Positions 23,674-33,595 of a stretch of DNA of 64,000 nt are shown piece after piece. The stretch comes from Myxococcales bacterium (GTDB lineage: Bacteria; Myxococcota_A; Polyangia; Polyangiales; DASUME01): positions 6,624,001 through 6,688,000 of the forward strand of contig JASGJH010000001.1 in assembly GCA_047601445.1 (NCBI GenBank), in the 5' to 3' direction. Position numbers and translations under genes: made by a program. The notes beneath the pieces are model-generated. The model worked only from the letters and a program-made list of their open reading frames with translations, searched no databases and was not told the origin of the DNA. Numbering within the stretch: the first letter of the stretch is position 1; the number at the start of each line of letters is the position of its first letter.

Positions 23674-24630
23674 ATGGCCACGATGGAATTCGGCGCCGAC
23701 AGCGAGGCCCGCGTGGCCATCGTGCTGCCTTGCTACAACGAGGAGCTCGCGGTCGCCAAGACGGTCGAGGATTTCCGCGAGGTGTTCCCCGAGGCCAGCA
23801 TCTACGTGATCGACAACAACTCGAGCGACCGCACCGCCGAGATCGCTCGGAAGCACGGCGCCCGCGTGCTGCACGAGTCTCGCCGCGGCAAGGGCAACGC
23901 CGTGCGCCGCGCCTTCGCGGACATCGAGGCTGATGTCTACGTGATGGCCGACGGCGATGGCACCTACGACGCGGCGGCCGCGATTCCCATGGTCGACATG
24001 CTGGTGGACCAGCACCTAGACCTCGTGACCGGCTGTCGCGTGCATTCGGATCCCATGGCCTACCGGGCGGGGCACGTGATGGGCAACCGGATGTTTAACG
24101 GCATCGTGAACTGGTTGTTCGGCGAGCGCGTGCGCGACCTGTTCTCCGGCTACCGCGTGATGTCACGGCGGTTCGTGAAGTCGTTCCCCGCCATGTCGGC
24201 TGGCTTCGAGATCGAGGCCGAGATGAGCATCCATGCGCTGCAGCTGCGGCTCGCTCACCGCGAATACGACAGCCGCTACAGCTCGCGCATGCCGGGCTCC
24301 CACAGCAAGCTGAACACGCTGCGCGACGGTGTCCGCATCCTCTCGCATGTGATCCGCCTGCTGCGCCTGTACCGTCCGCGCAAGTTTTTCGGGGCCCTGG
24401 CAGCATTGATGAGCACGCTCTCGTTGGCCTTCGGCATCCCGGTCATCGTCACGTTCTTCGAGACCGGCCTGGTGCCGCGCTTTCCTACGGCCATCTTGGC
24501 CACGGGGCTCGGTTTGCTGGGGGCCATGCTCTGGCTGCTCGGTGTGGTGCTCGAGAGCGTGAGTACCTTGACCATCGAAGTGAAGCGCCTGAGCTACCTC
24601 GAGCACCCGCCGCGCGGCCACGAGCGCTGA
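23674..24630 (+). CDS. Family 2 glycosyltransferase (polyprenol-phosphate glycosyltransferase / DPM-synthase-like) with two C-terminal TMs
   Basis: LPCYNEE, IDNNSSD, GKG, DGD, FSGYR, FEIEAE; start uncertain. Confidence 0.9.
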   Translation: MATMEFGADSEARVAIVLPCYNEELAVAKTVEDFREVFPEASIYVIDNNSSDRTAEIARKHGARVLHESRRGKGNAVRRAFADIEADVYVMADGDGTYDAAAAIPMVDMLVDQHLDLVTGCRVHSDPMAYRAGHVMGNRMFNGIVNWLFGERVRDLFSGYRVMSRRFVKSFPAMSAGFEIEAEMSIHALQLRLAHREYDSRYSSRMPGSHSKLNTLRDGVRILSHVIRLLRLYRPRKFFGALAALMSTLSLAFGIPVIVTFFETGLVPRFPTAILATGLGLLGAMLWLLGVVLESVSTLTIEVKRLSYLEHPPRGHER

Positions 24631-24647
24631 GCCCGGCGCGTCTGCGC

Positions 24648-26063
24648 TCAGCAGGGGCAGTCGAAGTAGGGCAGTTTCAGCAAGAGCCGGGTCTTTCCAG
24701 AGAGGTCCACGATGGCGGCGCGGTCAGCGCCGATCGCGCTGCGCGTGATCACCTCGGGCTGCCCGTCGCCGTCCAGGTCAGCCACGGCCTCGACGTGCTC
24801 GGGCGTGCCTTGATCGACACTGAAGGCCACGCGCCCACCGCGGTCCAGGTCGAACAAGGCCTGAAGCACGGGCGCACTGCACTCACTGAAGGCCTCGGCC
24901 GATACCAGGGCGTGGGTCCCCGATGCAAAGCGTGAGAGCTTCAGGTCGGACAAGCTCTGCTCGCGTTCGTCTCGACTCATTCCGCGCAGGAACGGTAGCT
25001 TGGCGAAGCGGGCGCTCAGCTCGTTCTGGGCCGTGGGGACTTCGCTGCGCGCGTAGAGCTCGATGGGGGCATTGCCTGGCAGCGCGACCAGGGGTTCCTT
25101 CACGCAGCGTGACGCCAGCTCCACGGCCCAGAAGCCCTGGGGATCGAGCTCGCGGATCTCACGCTCGATCTGGGCCGCGTCGGGCTTGGGGAGATCGGGA
25201 TTCTCTCCGCGCCAAGTCATGACCTGTCCGAAATGAGCATAGGCGACGTGGGCGATGCGCAGGGCCTTTGCTCGCGTCGTGCATACGCCCTCAGGACCGA
25301 CGAGCTGCACGTCGCCCGCGAGGAACACACTCGCTTCTGCGGGCGCCTGTTCGAGCGAGGCTTCTTCCAGAACCGCTGCGGGCGCGCCGGCGTGGGTGGA
25401 CACGTGTTTGCCCGCGGCGAGCGCCTCGGGTGCGCGGCCCAGGATCACGAGCACGGGGCCTTCGGGCACGTCCACGACCATGCGCGCCGAAATGCTCGGG
25501 GGCGGACCCAGCTCCGAGGCCAACATCTCTTCGCGCACGATGCGCAGGGCGCCGCCTTCGCGCGCTAGCGTGAACTGCTTCTGCCCGCGATCCTGGTAGC
25601 CCGTCATGCGAAAGGATTGCGTGCCGAGCACCGTCACCGCGCCGCCCTGCAGATTCAGGCTTTGCAAGGCAAGATCCACCTGCATGGGCTTCTCGAACAT
25701 GCGCTTGCGGTCCTCGAGCCAGCCCTTGCGATCGAAGTTGCGCGTGCGAGGGCCGGCACGCTTTACGCCGGTGAAGCGCTGCCCGTAGAGCCGCTCATAG
25801 GCAGCGAAGTCGCCTGCGTTCTGCGCCGCTTGCCAGGCCGCGAGCAGGGCCCGCGCTTCGCCTTCGAGCTCGCTGGTCGGCTTCTCGCTCGCTGCGCGCG
25901 CGGCCGCGTCCGTGCGTTGCGGCGCCGGAAGACTGGGCGCGCTCACGGGCGCAGGAGGCGCGGGCGGTGTGGGGACGGAGTCCTTCGAGCAAGCCCAGCA
26001 CAACGTCGCGAGCAGAGCGAGTGCGTGAACGGAAGGTGTCGGAGCGCTCGGGTTGCCTGACAT
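24648..26063 (-). CDS. Lipoprotein with an NTF2/SnoaL-like domain, ending in FDCPC
   Basis: Lipobox-like WAC, Pro-rich linker, WQAAQNAGDFAAYERLY...LRIVREEM; DLDGDGQPE Ca-binding-like motif. Confidence 0.7.
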   Translation of the reverse strand: MSGNPSAPTPSVHALALLATLCWACSKDSVPTPPAPPAPVSAPSLPAPQRTDAAARAASEKPTSELEGEARALLAAWQAAQNAGDFAAYERLYGQRFTGVKRAGPRTRNFDRKGWLEDRKRMFEKPMQVDLALQSLNLQGGAVTVLGTQSFRMTGYQDRGQKQFTLAREGGALRIVREEMLASELGPPPSISARMVVDVPEGPVLVILGRAPEALAAGKHVSTHAGAPAAVLEEASLEQAPAEASVFLAGDVQLVGPEGVCTTRAKALRIAHVAYAHFGQVMTWRGENPDLPKPDAAQIEREIRELDPQGFWAVELASRCVKEPLVALPGNAPIELYARSEVPTAQNELSARFAKLPFLRGMSRDEREQSLSDLKLSRFASGTHALVSAEAFSECSAPVLQALFDLDRGGRVAFSVDQGTPEHVEAVADLDGDGQPEVITRSAIGADRAAIVDLSGKTRLLLKLPYFDCPC

Positions 26064-26265
26064 GGGGCCAGGGTATCGCTTTTCCGGGGGAAGGGGGCTC
26101 CGCGTGGCGCAAGAGGCGCGAGCCAGGCGGCTGTTGCGGGCAATGGCGCGCTCGAAAGTGCCTTTGTGACTGGGTCAGACGTCGTGAACGCGCTTGACGC
26201 ACTTGGGCTGCTGGAGCAAGACACCTGCGCTCCCCAACCGGGTCGATTGGCCCACGAGGCGTCCC

Positions 26266-28455
26266 ATGCGTGGCATCGGCGGTGTGTTTCCTTTTGTCTT
26301 GGCGGTACTCGTGCTCGCCTGCAGTGAGGAGCCTTGCCCTAGCGGCGCCCAGCGCATCGGCACGCGCTGTCTGTTGGAGGAGGGCGAAGCGGCCGACGCG
26401 GGCGACGGTGACGCAGGCGGTGCGCACGGCGGGCTCGACTCGAGCCCTGGGCCGAGCGACGAAGCCACGAACTCGGACGCAGCTGCGGGGGATGCGTGCG
26501 TCGACGGGGGCTGCACTCCGGTCACTCCCACGCTCGAGTTCGGTATCGACTTCCCGTGGCAGGGCTCGACGGATTAGACCGGGATCAGCGTGCGCCTTCA
26601 CTCCACCAGCAATGTCGGCGAGGAGATCACCGTCACGGTAGCCGAGCGTCCGGCGTACCTGCACGACGAGGGCTTCTTCCTCGCCGAGAACGTCCCCCTC
26701 AAGCCGGGTGCCAACGAACTGCTGGCCGTGGCTACCACGCCTTCGGGGCTGCGTGAGGAGCGCCGCGTGACCATCACGCGCGAGCTGCTGTGGGCGAAGA
26801 TCGAGGGGCTCGATCGCGGCAAGACCAACTACGACGGATTCCAGGATCCGGCGGTGCTCGCGTCGGACGGACAGCGGCTGTGGTGGATCGACTTGGGCAC
26901 CAAGAGCAAACGCTTGCTGCCCGATGGCGGAGGGCCTGCAGCGAACTGGAGCGTGATGGGGTTCGGATGGGCCTACATCTTGGTGGCTGGGCCGAGCGGG
27001 CAGCTGCTCTCGCTGAATCCGATCACGGGCTTGCGCACCGTGATGATGCAGTCCAACTCGTCGAAGGCGAGCACCACGTTCGGGAACGTATTGTCGGTTC
27101 GGGAGACGATGTTTACGACGGGCGATTTGGGGGTCCCCACCCAGTGGACGACCCATTTCATCACCAGCTTCGCAAATCAGACTCACACGACGGGGCCCGA
27201 CGCGTCCCAGTCGAAGCTAGGCTTCGTCAGTGGAATCCTGGGGAGCGCGCTGGCCGAAGACGAAGTGCATGTGAGCAGCTTTACGCCGGAGAAGGGCGGT
27301 GCCCGGATTCAGTTGTGGAGCCTCAAGGGTGACAATCGTGCGCCCAGGCTCATCAAACCAACTGACCTCGGCTCTGCGAGCAACCGCGTGGTGGGCGTTA
27401 GCCAGCGATCGGCCGGCGATGACATCTACATGCTCACGGACCTCCAGCGCCGAGCGATCCACCGAACCAACTTTAGCGACGGCGCGATCACCCTGGTCTC
27501 GGACGACGATCACGGCACCGGCCCCGGCTTCCTCGACCCGCGCGCGCTGGCCAGCGATACCAGCTCCTTTTTCGTCGGTGACGGACGCTCCGCCCGCGTC
27601 TTCAAGGTCGATCCCAGCAACGGCAATCGCAGCATCATCGCGGAGACCCGGCGCGGCTCGGGCGATCCGTTGTGGCCGGTGTCCGTGAACTACGATGCTG
27701 ATCAGCAAGTCGTGCAGGTGCTCGACAAGCTGGTGCTCCCCGGACGCCTGACCAAGGTCACGCTAGGCTCCGGAGATCGTATGGAGATGGCCCCATCCGT
27801 GGACCGGCTGTGCAAGGGCACGACCGGCGAAGCGGTTGCGATCCAGGGCACCGAGCTCCTGCGGTGGGCAGGCAATCTGGCACCCAAGGCGCTCTCGGGC
27901 GCTGCCCAGGGCAGCGGCCGCGCACTCACGGGAGCCCTCGACTGCGTGGTGGATCGCGCGAGCAACCAAGCCCTCGTGTTGTTTGCCGACGCGGTAGTTC
28001 GTGTGAACCTCGAGACGGGTGACCGTAGCGACGTCTCAGGAGCCTCGATCGGAGCAGGTCCCGCATTCACGCAGGTCGACCGCCTCACGTACGACGCCGA
28101 GGGGGACACCGTCTACGTCGCCAGCGACAGGATTTACGCCATCACGGCCAAGAGCGGAGACCGCAGCCTGCTGCAAGCGGATGGCACCGACCTCAGCTTC
28201 AACACGCTTGCAGACTTGAGCTGGAGCAAGGCACGCAAGCGGCTGCTCGTGCAGACCACGGACGCGTTGCTTTCCATCGATCCGGGCACCCAGGTTCAGC
28301 AGGTGCTCGCGGACGCTTCCCACGGCAAAGGCCCCTGGGCTGGCGAGTCCAGCGGCCTCGCGCTGGCCACGGGCGACACCGCCGTGGTGGGCACCTACTA
28401 CGCCGTGGTGCAGCTGGACCTGACCTCCGGCGAGCGCATCGTCCTGTCCAAGTAG
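26266..28455 (+). pseudogene. Lipoprotein with Ig-like domain and beta-propeller repeats, interrupted by an in-frame TAG at 26575-26577
   Basis: ORFs 26194-26577 and 26590-28455 share a frame; lipobox VLAC; repeats of V.x.x.GDR / G.GP. Confidence 0.7.
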
Positions 28456-28507
28456 CACCGAAAACCGGCCTCCCAGAGGCTGCCGCACACGCCAGAAGAA
28501 GGCCAGT

Positions 28508-29776
28508 TCACTGGCAGGAGTCGGCGCTGCACGTGCCGTTGCAGACGCTGCCGCGGGGACATTGATCGTCGCCCAGACACTCCTCACCTAGACCGACCAT
28601 GGCGGCGCACACGTCGTCGCCTTGGTCGGCGTCGTAGGTGCACACGAGGCCCTCCACGCAATCGAACTCGACGCAGGACTCTCCCGGTCCCGCTTGCGGC
28701 ACCACGACGCAGTGTCCGCCGTCGTCGCAGTAGAGCGCCTGCTTGCCGGTCGGGTCAGCGCACAAGGCCAGATGCGTGAGCGTGCTGTAGTCCGCGGTCT
28801 CGGGCGTACAGGCCTCGTTCAATCCGTGCAGGTCGAAGCCCACGCACCTGCGCACCGTGTTGCCATCGGCGTCGTCCTCCCCGGTGTTCAAGCAGATGTT
28901 CCCCTTGGCGCATTCGCGCAACGTGGAGCAATCGCCCGTGCTCGGCGGGGTCCTGCAATGCTTGGTCTCCGGGGCGTCCGGGCCGAGACTATCGTAGCCA
29001 CACACCAGGCCGTCGTCGCAGAGGGCCAGGGTGGCTTGATCGCCCGTGGTCAGCTCTCCGCACTCCGCGCCTTCGCCCACGTGCGTGACTTGCGTGGCAT
29101 GTACGCAGACGCCGGGCGTGGAGTCGGTGCCCGAGCAGTACACGGCGAGGCTCTCGTCCGGGGTGGAGCACTGCGTGTTCTCGTTACACGCGGCGCCCTG
29201 TGACAGGCGCGCGCGGCAGACGCCTTGGTCGCAAGTGTTGAAGCCGCTTTGGTCGCAGTACGCGTCACCGCTGCAGTCCGCGTCGTCGGTGCAGGCTCCG
29301 CCGTCGGCCACCGAGCCCTCGAACACGCCGGCGCAGATGGTCTCGAATGCGTCTTCCGGCTCCTCCGCCTCGAAGACGAAGCACTGGTGCGCGAAGCGCT
29401 CGAGGCAGGCGCTGGCATGCTCGGCGCGATAGGTGTGTGTCTTGAGCTCGATGTTCAGCAAGAACTCCCGCTTGGAGTCCATCAGCGTGGGCAGCACTGC
29501 GGTACGACAGGTCGCCTCGTCCTCGAGCAACGCGCGCATCTGCGAGGCGTCCGTGTAGCCCAGGCGGCAGCTAAACAGGTTGTCGCACATCGCTCGCGCG
29601 AGCTGCTCGGCGAAGCTCTCCACCGAGCTGGGATTGAGGTCGACGTGACCGTGTTGCTCGTCGCCCGGCCCGGAGTCACTCCCGTCGCAGCCCGCGCCGG
29701 CCAGTACGCACAGACTCACGGCGACGTGGCCAATCCAACCTGCCTGCTTCTTCAGCCCATCTCGCGCTCGCTGCAT
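28508..29776 (-). CDS. Cys-rich (Dickkopf-like repeat) lipoprotein
   Basis: Lipobox GAGC; repeated G..C....C...L.C units. Confidence 0.8.
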   Translation of the reverse strand: MQRARDGLKKQAGWIGHVAVSLCVLAGAGCDGSDSGPGDEQHGHVDLNPSSVESFAEQLARAMCDNLFSCRLGYTDASQMRALLEDEATCRTAVLPTLMDSKREFLLNIELKTHTYRAEHASACLERFAHQCFVFEAEEPEDAFETICAGVFEGSVADGGACTDDADCSGDAYCDQSGFNTCDQGVCRARLSQGAACNENTQCSTPDESLAVYCSGTDSTPGVCVHATQVTHVGEGAECGELTTGDQATLALCDDGLVCGYDSLGPDAPETKHCRTPPSTGDCSTLRECAKGNICLNTGEDDADGNTVRRCVGFDLHGLNEACTPETADYSTLTHLALCADPTGKQALYCDDGGHCVVVPQAGPGESCVEFDCVEGLVCTYDADQGDDVCAAMVGLGEECLGDDQCPRGSVCNGTCSADSCQ

Positions 29777-29863
29777 CGATTCCCCTCTGCGCAGGGTAAC
29801 GTGGGTTCGACGCGAGGTTGCGCGCAAATTCGGGGTGAAAAGTACCGTTTTCGGTTGGAGGGA

Positions 29864-30838
29864 CTACAGCGCGGAGCTGGTGCGTGTCCCTTGAACGGCG
29901 CGGCCCTGGGTCGGTGTGCGCCTCAAGATCGCGAGCACGGTGTGGCCCTTGATGCGCCGGCGAAGCGGCTCGAGCTTGAGCGCGCGTTCGGCCAGCGGCG
30001 CCAAGGCGCGCCACGCGAACCTGGACGCCAGGGACGCGCGCGGGAGGCTCTGCATGCGGGTGCTGACGTACCAGCCGATGTGGTGGTCGGAGAGCGGCTC
30101 GTATTCCAGGTGCTCGCACGCGAGCGGCAGAAAGCGCGGTATGTGGCGGAAGGTCTTGGCTCGAAAGCGCGAGCAGTGGTGGGGAGGTTGGTTGAGCTCC
30201 TGGTTGAGATCATCGCCGATGAAGCTGTCCTGATTGGGCACCGCCACGTAGATGCGCCCGTGGTCACTCAAGTGCGGCATCAACGAGTCGAGAAAGGCCC
30301 GCGGGTCGGGCACGTGCTCCAGCACCTGGAATGCGAAGATGTACTCGAAGCGCCGCTTGCCCAGCTGATCGAGGCGCGAGAATCCCTGGATGCCGCTTGC
30401 CTTGAGCGACTCCAGGGCACGTCGGTTCGAGTCGACCCCGCAGACGTCGGAGAAGCCGGCGAGGCGGAGGGCCCGCAAGAAGTTTCCGGTGCCGCAGCCG
30501 ACCTCGAGGGCCGACCCGGGCTTGCCGAGGCGCTCGAGCGACGCACGGAACTCCCATCGACTCTCTTCGTAGTACCAGGAGAAGCGTTGCAGCTGCTCGT
30601 ACATGCCCTCGTCGCCGGGGCTCGGTGGATGCGAGAACTCGAGCCCGCAGGCCACGCACAGGTAGTTGGTGACGAAGGCTTGCGGGAAGTACTGGCGCAC
30701 CGGGATCTCGTACTTGTCGAGCCAGCGCGCGTGGACCTGATCGGCCGGCAAGTGGCCCAGCACGCGCAGATTGAAGGAACCGCACAGCACGCAAGGAACG
30801 ACGGCGCCTGGCGCCGGGGTCGCAGCGGGAACGGGCAT
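29864..30838 (-). CDS. Class I SAM-dependent methyltransferase with N-terminal Zn-ribbon
   Basis: CVLC and CVAC pairs, LEVGCGTG, QVLEHVPDP, VAVPN; start uncertain. Confidence 0.88.
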   Translation of the reverse strand: MPVPAATPAPGAVVPCVLCGSFNLRVLGHLPADQVHARWLDKYEIPVRQYFPQAFVTNYLCVACGLEFSHPPSPGDEGMYEQLQRFSWYYEESRWEFRASLERLGKPGSALEVGCGTGNFLRALRLAGFSDVCGVDSNRRALESLKASGIQGFSRLDQLGKRRFEYIFAFQVLEHVPDPRAFLDSLMPHLSDHGRIYVAVPNQDSFIGDDLNQELNQPPHHCSRFRAKTFRHIPRFLPLACEHLEYEPLSDHHIGWYVSTRMQSLPRASLASRFAWRALAPLAERALKLEPLRRRIKGHTVLAILRRTPTQGRAVQGTRTSSAL

Positions 30839-31097
30839 TTCGGCTCCGAGGAGAGTTGGGCCTGCGGATGCCTCGGCGGGAGCGCACGCGGCACGCGCGG
30901 GACGTGATGTTGCTCGCGGGCGGACCCGCCCGCTCGACGCGAGAGCAATTACACCTGGCGCATGCACGCGTCGCAAGGGCCTGCGACGTGCGCGAGATGT
31001 GTGGAGGTCGCGCCGTCCCAGCTTGCGGAACACAGGACGATCAGCGCCAATGTCGAGGCGTAGCGTGCGAGAAGCACGACGCGCGCGCGGCCTCGCT

Positions 31098-32633
31098 TCA
31101 GTCCGGGGAAGCCGGCGTGCCGAGCTCGGGTTCGAGCGGGCTGGTCGTGGGCTCAGCTTCTGTACGCGGTTCGCTGCGGCCTTGCCGGCGCAGCAGCGTG
31201 AACCCGGCGCCTGCCATGAGCAGGGCCGCGGCCAGGCCTAGCCACTGTCGCTGCCGCTGTTCGCGCGCGGCGCGTTCGCCGCTGAGCTCGTCGAAGGCGG
31301 CTTCCGCCGGGGCGAACGCCGGGTCGAGCTGGCGCGCGCGCTCGAAGCTAGTCAGGTCGAGTACGCCCTGCGACAGGCGCAACTCGCCTTCGAGGTACGC
31401 GATGCGGGCCCGCAATTGCGGTTGCTGCGCGCTCTCCGGATCGAGGCGCAGCGCGCGCCGAAAGTAGGTGAGGGCCGGCTCGAGCGTGTCGGTATCGAGC
31501 GCGTGCTCCCCCAAGGCCGCGAAGAGCGGCGCGGCGCGCTTGTGATCTTCGGTGGAGGCGGAGATGCGCAGGGCCGTGTCGAGCGCCTGGCTCGCGGCCT
31601 CGAAAGCGCCGTCCTCGAGGGCGGCCTGGGCGCGCTTAAGCTCGGCTTCGAAGGCGCGCTGCTTGGGTTCGGCGTGCAGACGATAGAGCTCGTTGAGGAT
31701 GCGCTGGTGGCCCCAGTTCGGGTCAGCTTCTTTGCCGGTGGCGTTGAGATAGCGCTCGCGGATCTGCCAGATGGCGTTGCGTCCGAAGCGCGCCACGGCC
31801 TTGCGTGCCGCGCTCTGCACTTCGAGTCGATCGTCGGTGATGTACGAGACCACCACGGGCATCGCGTCGAAGTTCAGGGTGTCTCCGTAGGCCTCCAGGA
31901 TGGCAGCCAGGAGTGCGACGTCGTCCTGCTGCACGGCCCGGCCGGGCGCGCTGATGCCGAGCGCGTTCAAGGTGTCCTGGCAGAAGGAGCGCACCGAGGG
32001 CTTGAGGTGGTTCTGGTGGCGGATCACCGCCGGGATCAACAGCACGCTCAGGCGCTCGCGCACGCGCGGGGCTTCGTAGCGGAAGAGCTTCCCGTCGAGT
32101 GTGAAGAGGCGCGCCACGATGAGCTCGGACGCGTCGGGCGCCTTCTGTGCCTCGAGCGCGCGGAGCAGCGCGAGTAGCTCGGCGCCCAGCACCATGCCCG
32201 GTGTGCGGCTTTGCTCCAACGCGGGCAGCACGCCTTGGGCGAGATCGACCGGGGCCTCGGGGGCGTCCACGCCCTGGACCTTGCGGAAGCTGCTCCACGC
32301 CGCGAGCACACCTTCGTGGTCGAAGGTGGCCTGGCCGAGGGCGCTCAAGCGGGCGCTGATGGCAGGGAGGGCGTCGGGCCCGAGCGCGCGCAGGGACTCG
32401 AAGGCTGCGCGCCGAGTGGCGCGGTCGGGGCTGCCCAGGCTGCGCGCGAGGGAGTCGAGCTCGAGGCGCGTGGGGGCCGTGCTGGCTTCGAGCGGGCTCG
32501 CGCTGGACGGGGTGGACTCCGCGTGGGCCACTCCGGGGGCGGAAGCGAGGGCGAGGGCGAGGGCGAGGGTAGCGAACCTCGCGGTGGGGCGGGTCCCGGC
32601 GCAACTTTGCCGCGACGGGCGGCGAGGGCGCAT
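31098..32633 (-). CDS. Exported HEAT/TPR-repeat protein with C-terminal membrane anchor
   Basis: Signal peptide ending AHA, helical repeats (RALRLDP, ARQLDP), C-terminal TM followed by basic residues; GGAG RBS before the 32633 ATG. Confidence 0.75.
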   Translation of the reverse strand: MRPRRPSRQSCAGTRPTARFATLALALALASAPGVAHAESTPSSASPLEASTAPTRLELDSLARSLGSPDRATRRAAFESLRALGPDALPAISARLSALGQATFDHEGVLAAWSSFRKVQGVDAPEAPVDLAQGVLPALEQSRTPGMVLGAELLALLRALEAQKAPDASELIVARLFTLDGKLFRYEAPRVRERLSVLLIPAVIRHQNHLKPSVRSFCQDTLNALGISAPGRAVQQDDVALLAAILEAYGDTLNFDAMPVVVSYITDDRLEVQSAARKAVARFGRNAIWQIRERYLNATGKEADPNWGHQRILNELYRLHAEPKQRAFEAELKRAQAALEDGAFEAASQALDTALRISASTEDHKRAAPLFAALGEHALDTDTLEPALTYFRRALRLDPESAQQPQLRARIAYLEGELRLSQGVLDLTSFERARQLDPAFAPAEAAFDELSGERAAREQRQRQWLGLAAALLMAGAGFTLLRRQGRSEPRTEAEPTTSPLEPELGTPASPD

Positions 32634-32671
32634 GCCCTCTCCGTCAGCACCGAGGGCGGTTCGCACCGCCC

Positions 32672-32950
32672 TCATGGGACAATCCTGAAGTCGGCGAACT
32701 CCCCGGTGTAGCTCCGCCAGCGTGTCTCTGTTTTCTCGACCCGCGCCGTGGCGGGGCCGTGTTGGGCCCAGGAGAGGAAGTCCTTCACCTGGTCCTCCTC
32801 GCCCTCGACGACGCACTCGACGCCCATGTCGTGGCGGTTTTTGACCCAGCCGGTGAGCCCGAGCCGCTTGGCCTCGCGCTGCGCGGAGGCCCGGTAGTAG
32901 ACCCCCTGGACCCGCCCGCGGACGATCAGATGTAAGCGCTTCTGGCCCAT
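32672..32950 (-). CDS. acyP: Acylphosphatase
   Basis: GRVQGVYYR, GWVKN, GPATARV. Confidence 0.96.
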   Translation of the reverse strand: MGQKRLHLIVRGRVQGVYYRASAQREAKRLGLTGWVKNRHDMGVECVVEGEEDQVKDFLSWAQHGPATARVEKTETRWRSYTGEFADFRIVP

Positions 32951-33021
32951 TATTGCTCTGGTTTGTGTACCCGTGTGCGATCCGCCTAGCAACTTTTGGC
33001 GTCTCGCCGGCGGGCACGACT

Positions 33022-33220
33022 GGGGGACGGTTTTCGCTTTTTCGGTTTCGGGGAGCCATATGGCCCAGGCGACGGTTTTCGCTTTTTCGTCGTCTCCGCT
33101 ACGGAATCATTGATGAAAATGCGCAACTTTGCGTTGAGCCGGGTTCCGAAGAGCGAAAGCGCGAAAACCGTCCCCTCGGCCGGGGCGCTGGAGTTTCCGA
33201 GAAACCGAGAACCGTCCCCC
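33022..33220. repeat. Cluster of direct and inverted copies of a GGGGACGGTTTTCGC motif
   Basis: GACGGTTTTCGCTTTTTCG identical at 33026-33044 and 33071-33089; inverted copies GCGAAAACCGTCCCC (33161-33175) and CGAGAACCGTCCCCC (33206-33220). Confidence 0.85.
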
Positions 33221-33292
33221 CGTTGCGGGGGGCGGGTACGCGGGTTAGGTTAGCCGGCCTCGCTCCTATATCCGGAGCGGGAAGGAGACCCC

Positions 33293-33493
33293 ATGAAGCC
33301 CGAAATTCATCCCGATTATAAGGAGGCCACCATCACCTGCGCGTGTGGTTCGGCCGTCCAGACCCACTCAACCGGCGGATCCTTCTCCGTCGATATCTGC
33401 AGCCAGTGCCACCCGTTCTACACGGGTAAGCAGCGCATCGCAGACACCGCGGGTCGCGTCGAGCGCTTCAAGCGCAAGTACGGGAAGCAGTAG
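33293..33493 (+). CDS. rpmE: 50S ribosomal protein L31 (Zn-binding form)
   Basis: [31 protein letters not shown]. Confidence 0.99.
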   Translation: MKPEIHPDYKEATITCACGSAVQTHSTGGSFSVDICSQCHPFYTGKQRIADTAGRVERFKRKYGKQ

Positions 33494-33595
33494 CCGGGTT
33501 CATCGGTTTTCCCCGCATGTGCCCTGCCCGTGCGCTCCCGTAGCGCACCTCAAACGGGCACGGGCACTTCGTGTTTAACCGAACCTGAGAGCGAA

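Noticed and set aside
26575..26577. Pyrrolysine or genome-wide amber recoding
   Set aside because: No pyl genes seen; TAG ends rplF, rpmE and other genes; RF1 is intact
32541..32570. GCGAGG hexamer tandem repeat
   Set aside because: Encodes the LALALALA hydrophobic core of a signal peptide; short and in frame
33022..33220. Possible CRISPR array
   Set aside because: Only two direct copies plus inverted copies, no regular repeat-spacer period and no cas genes
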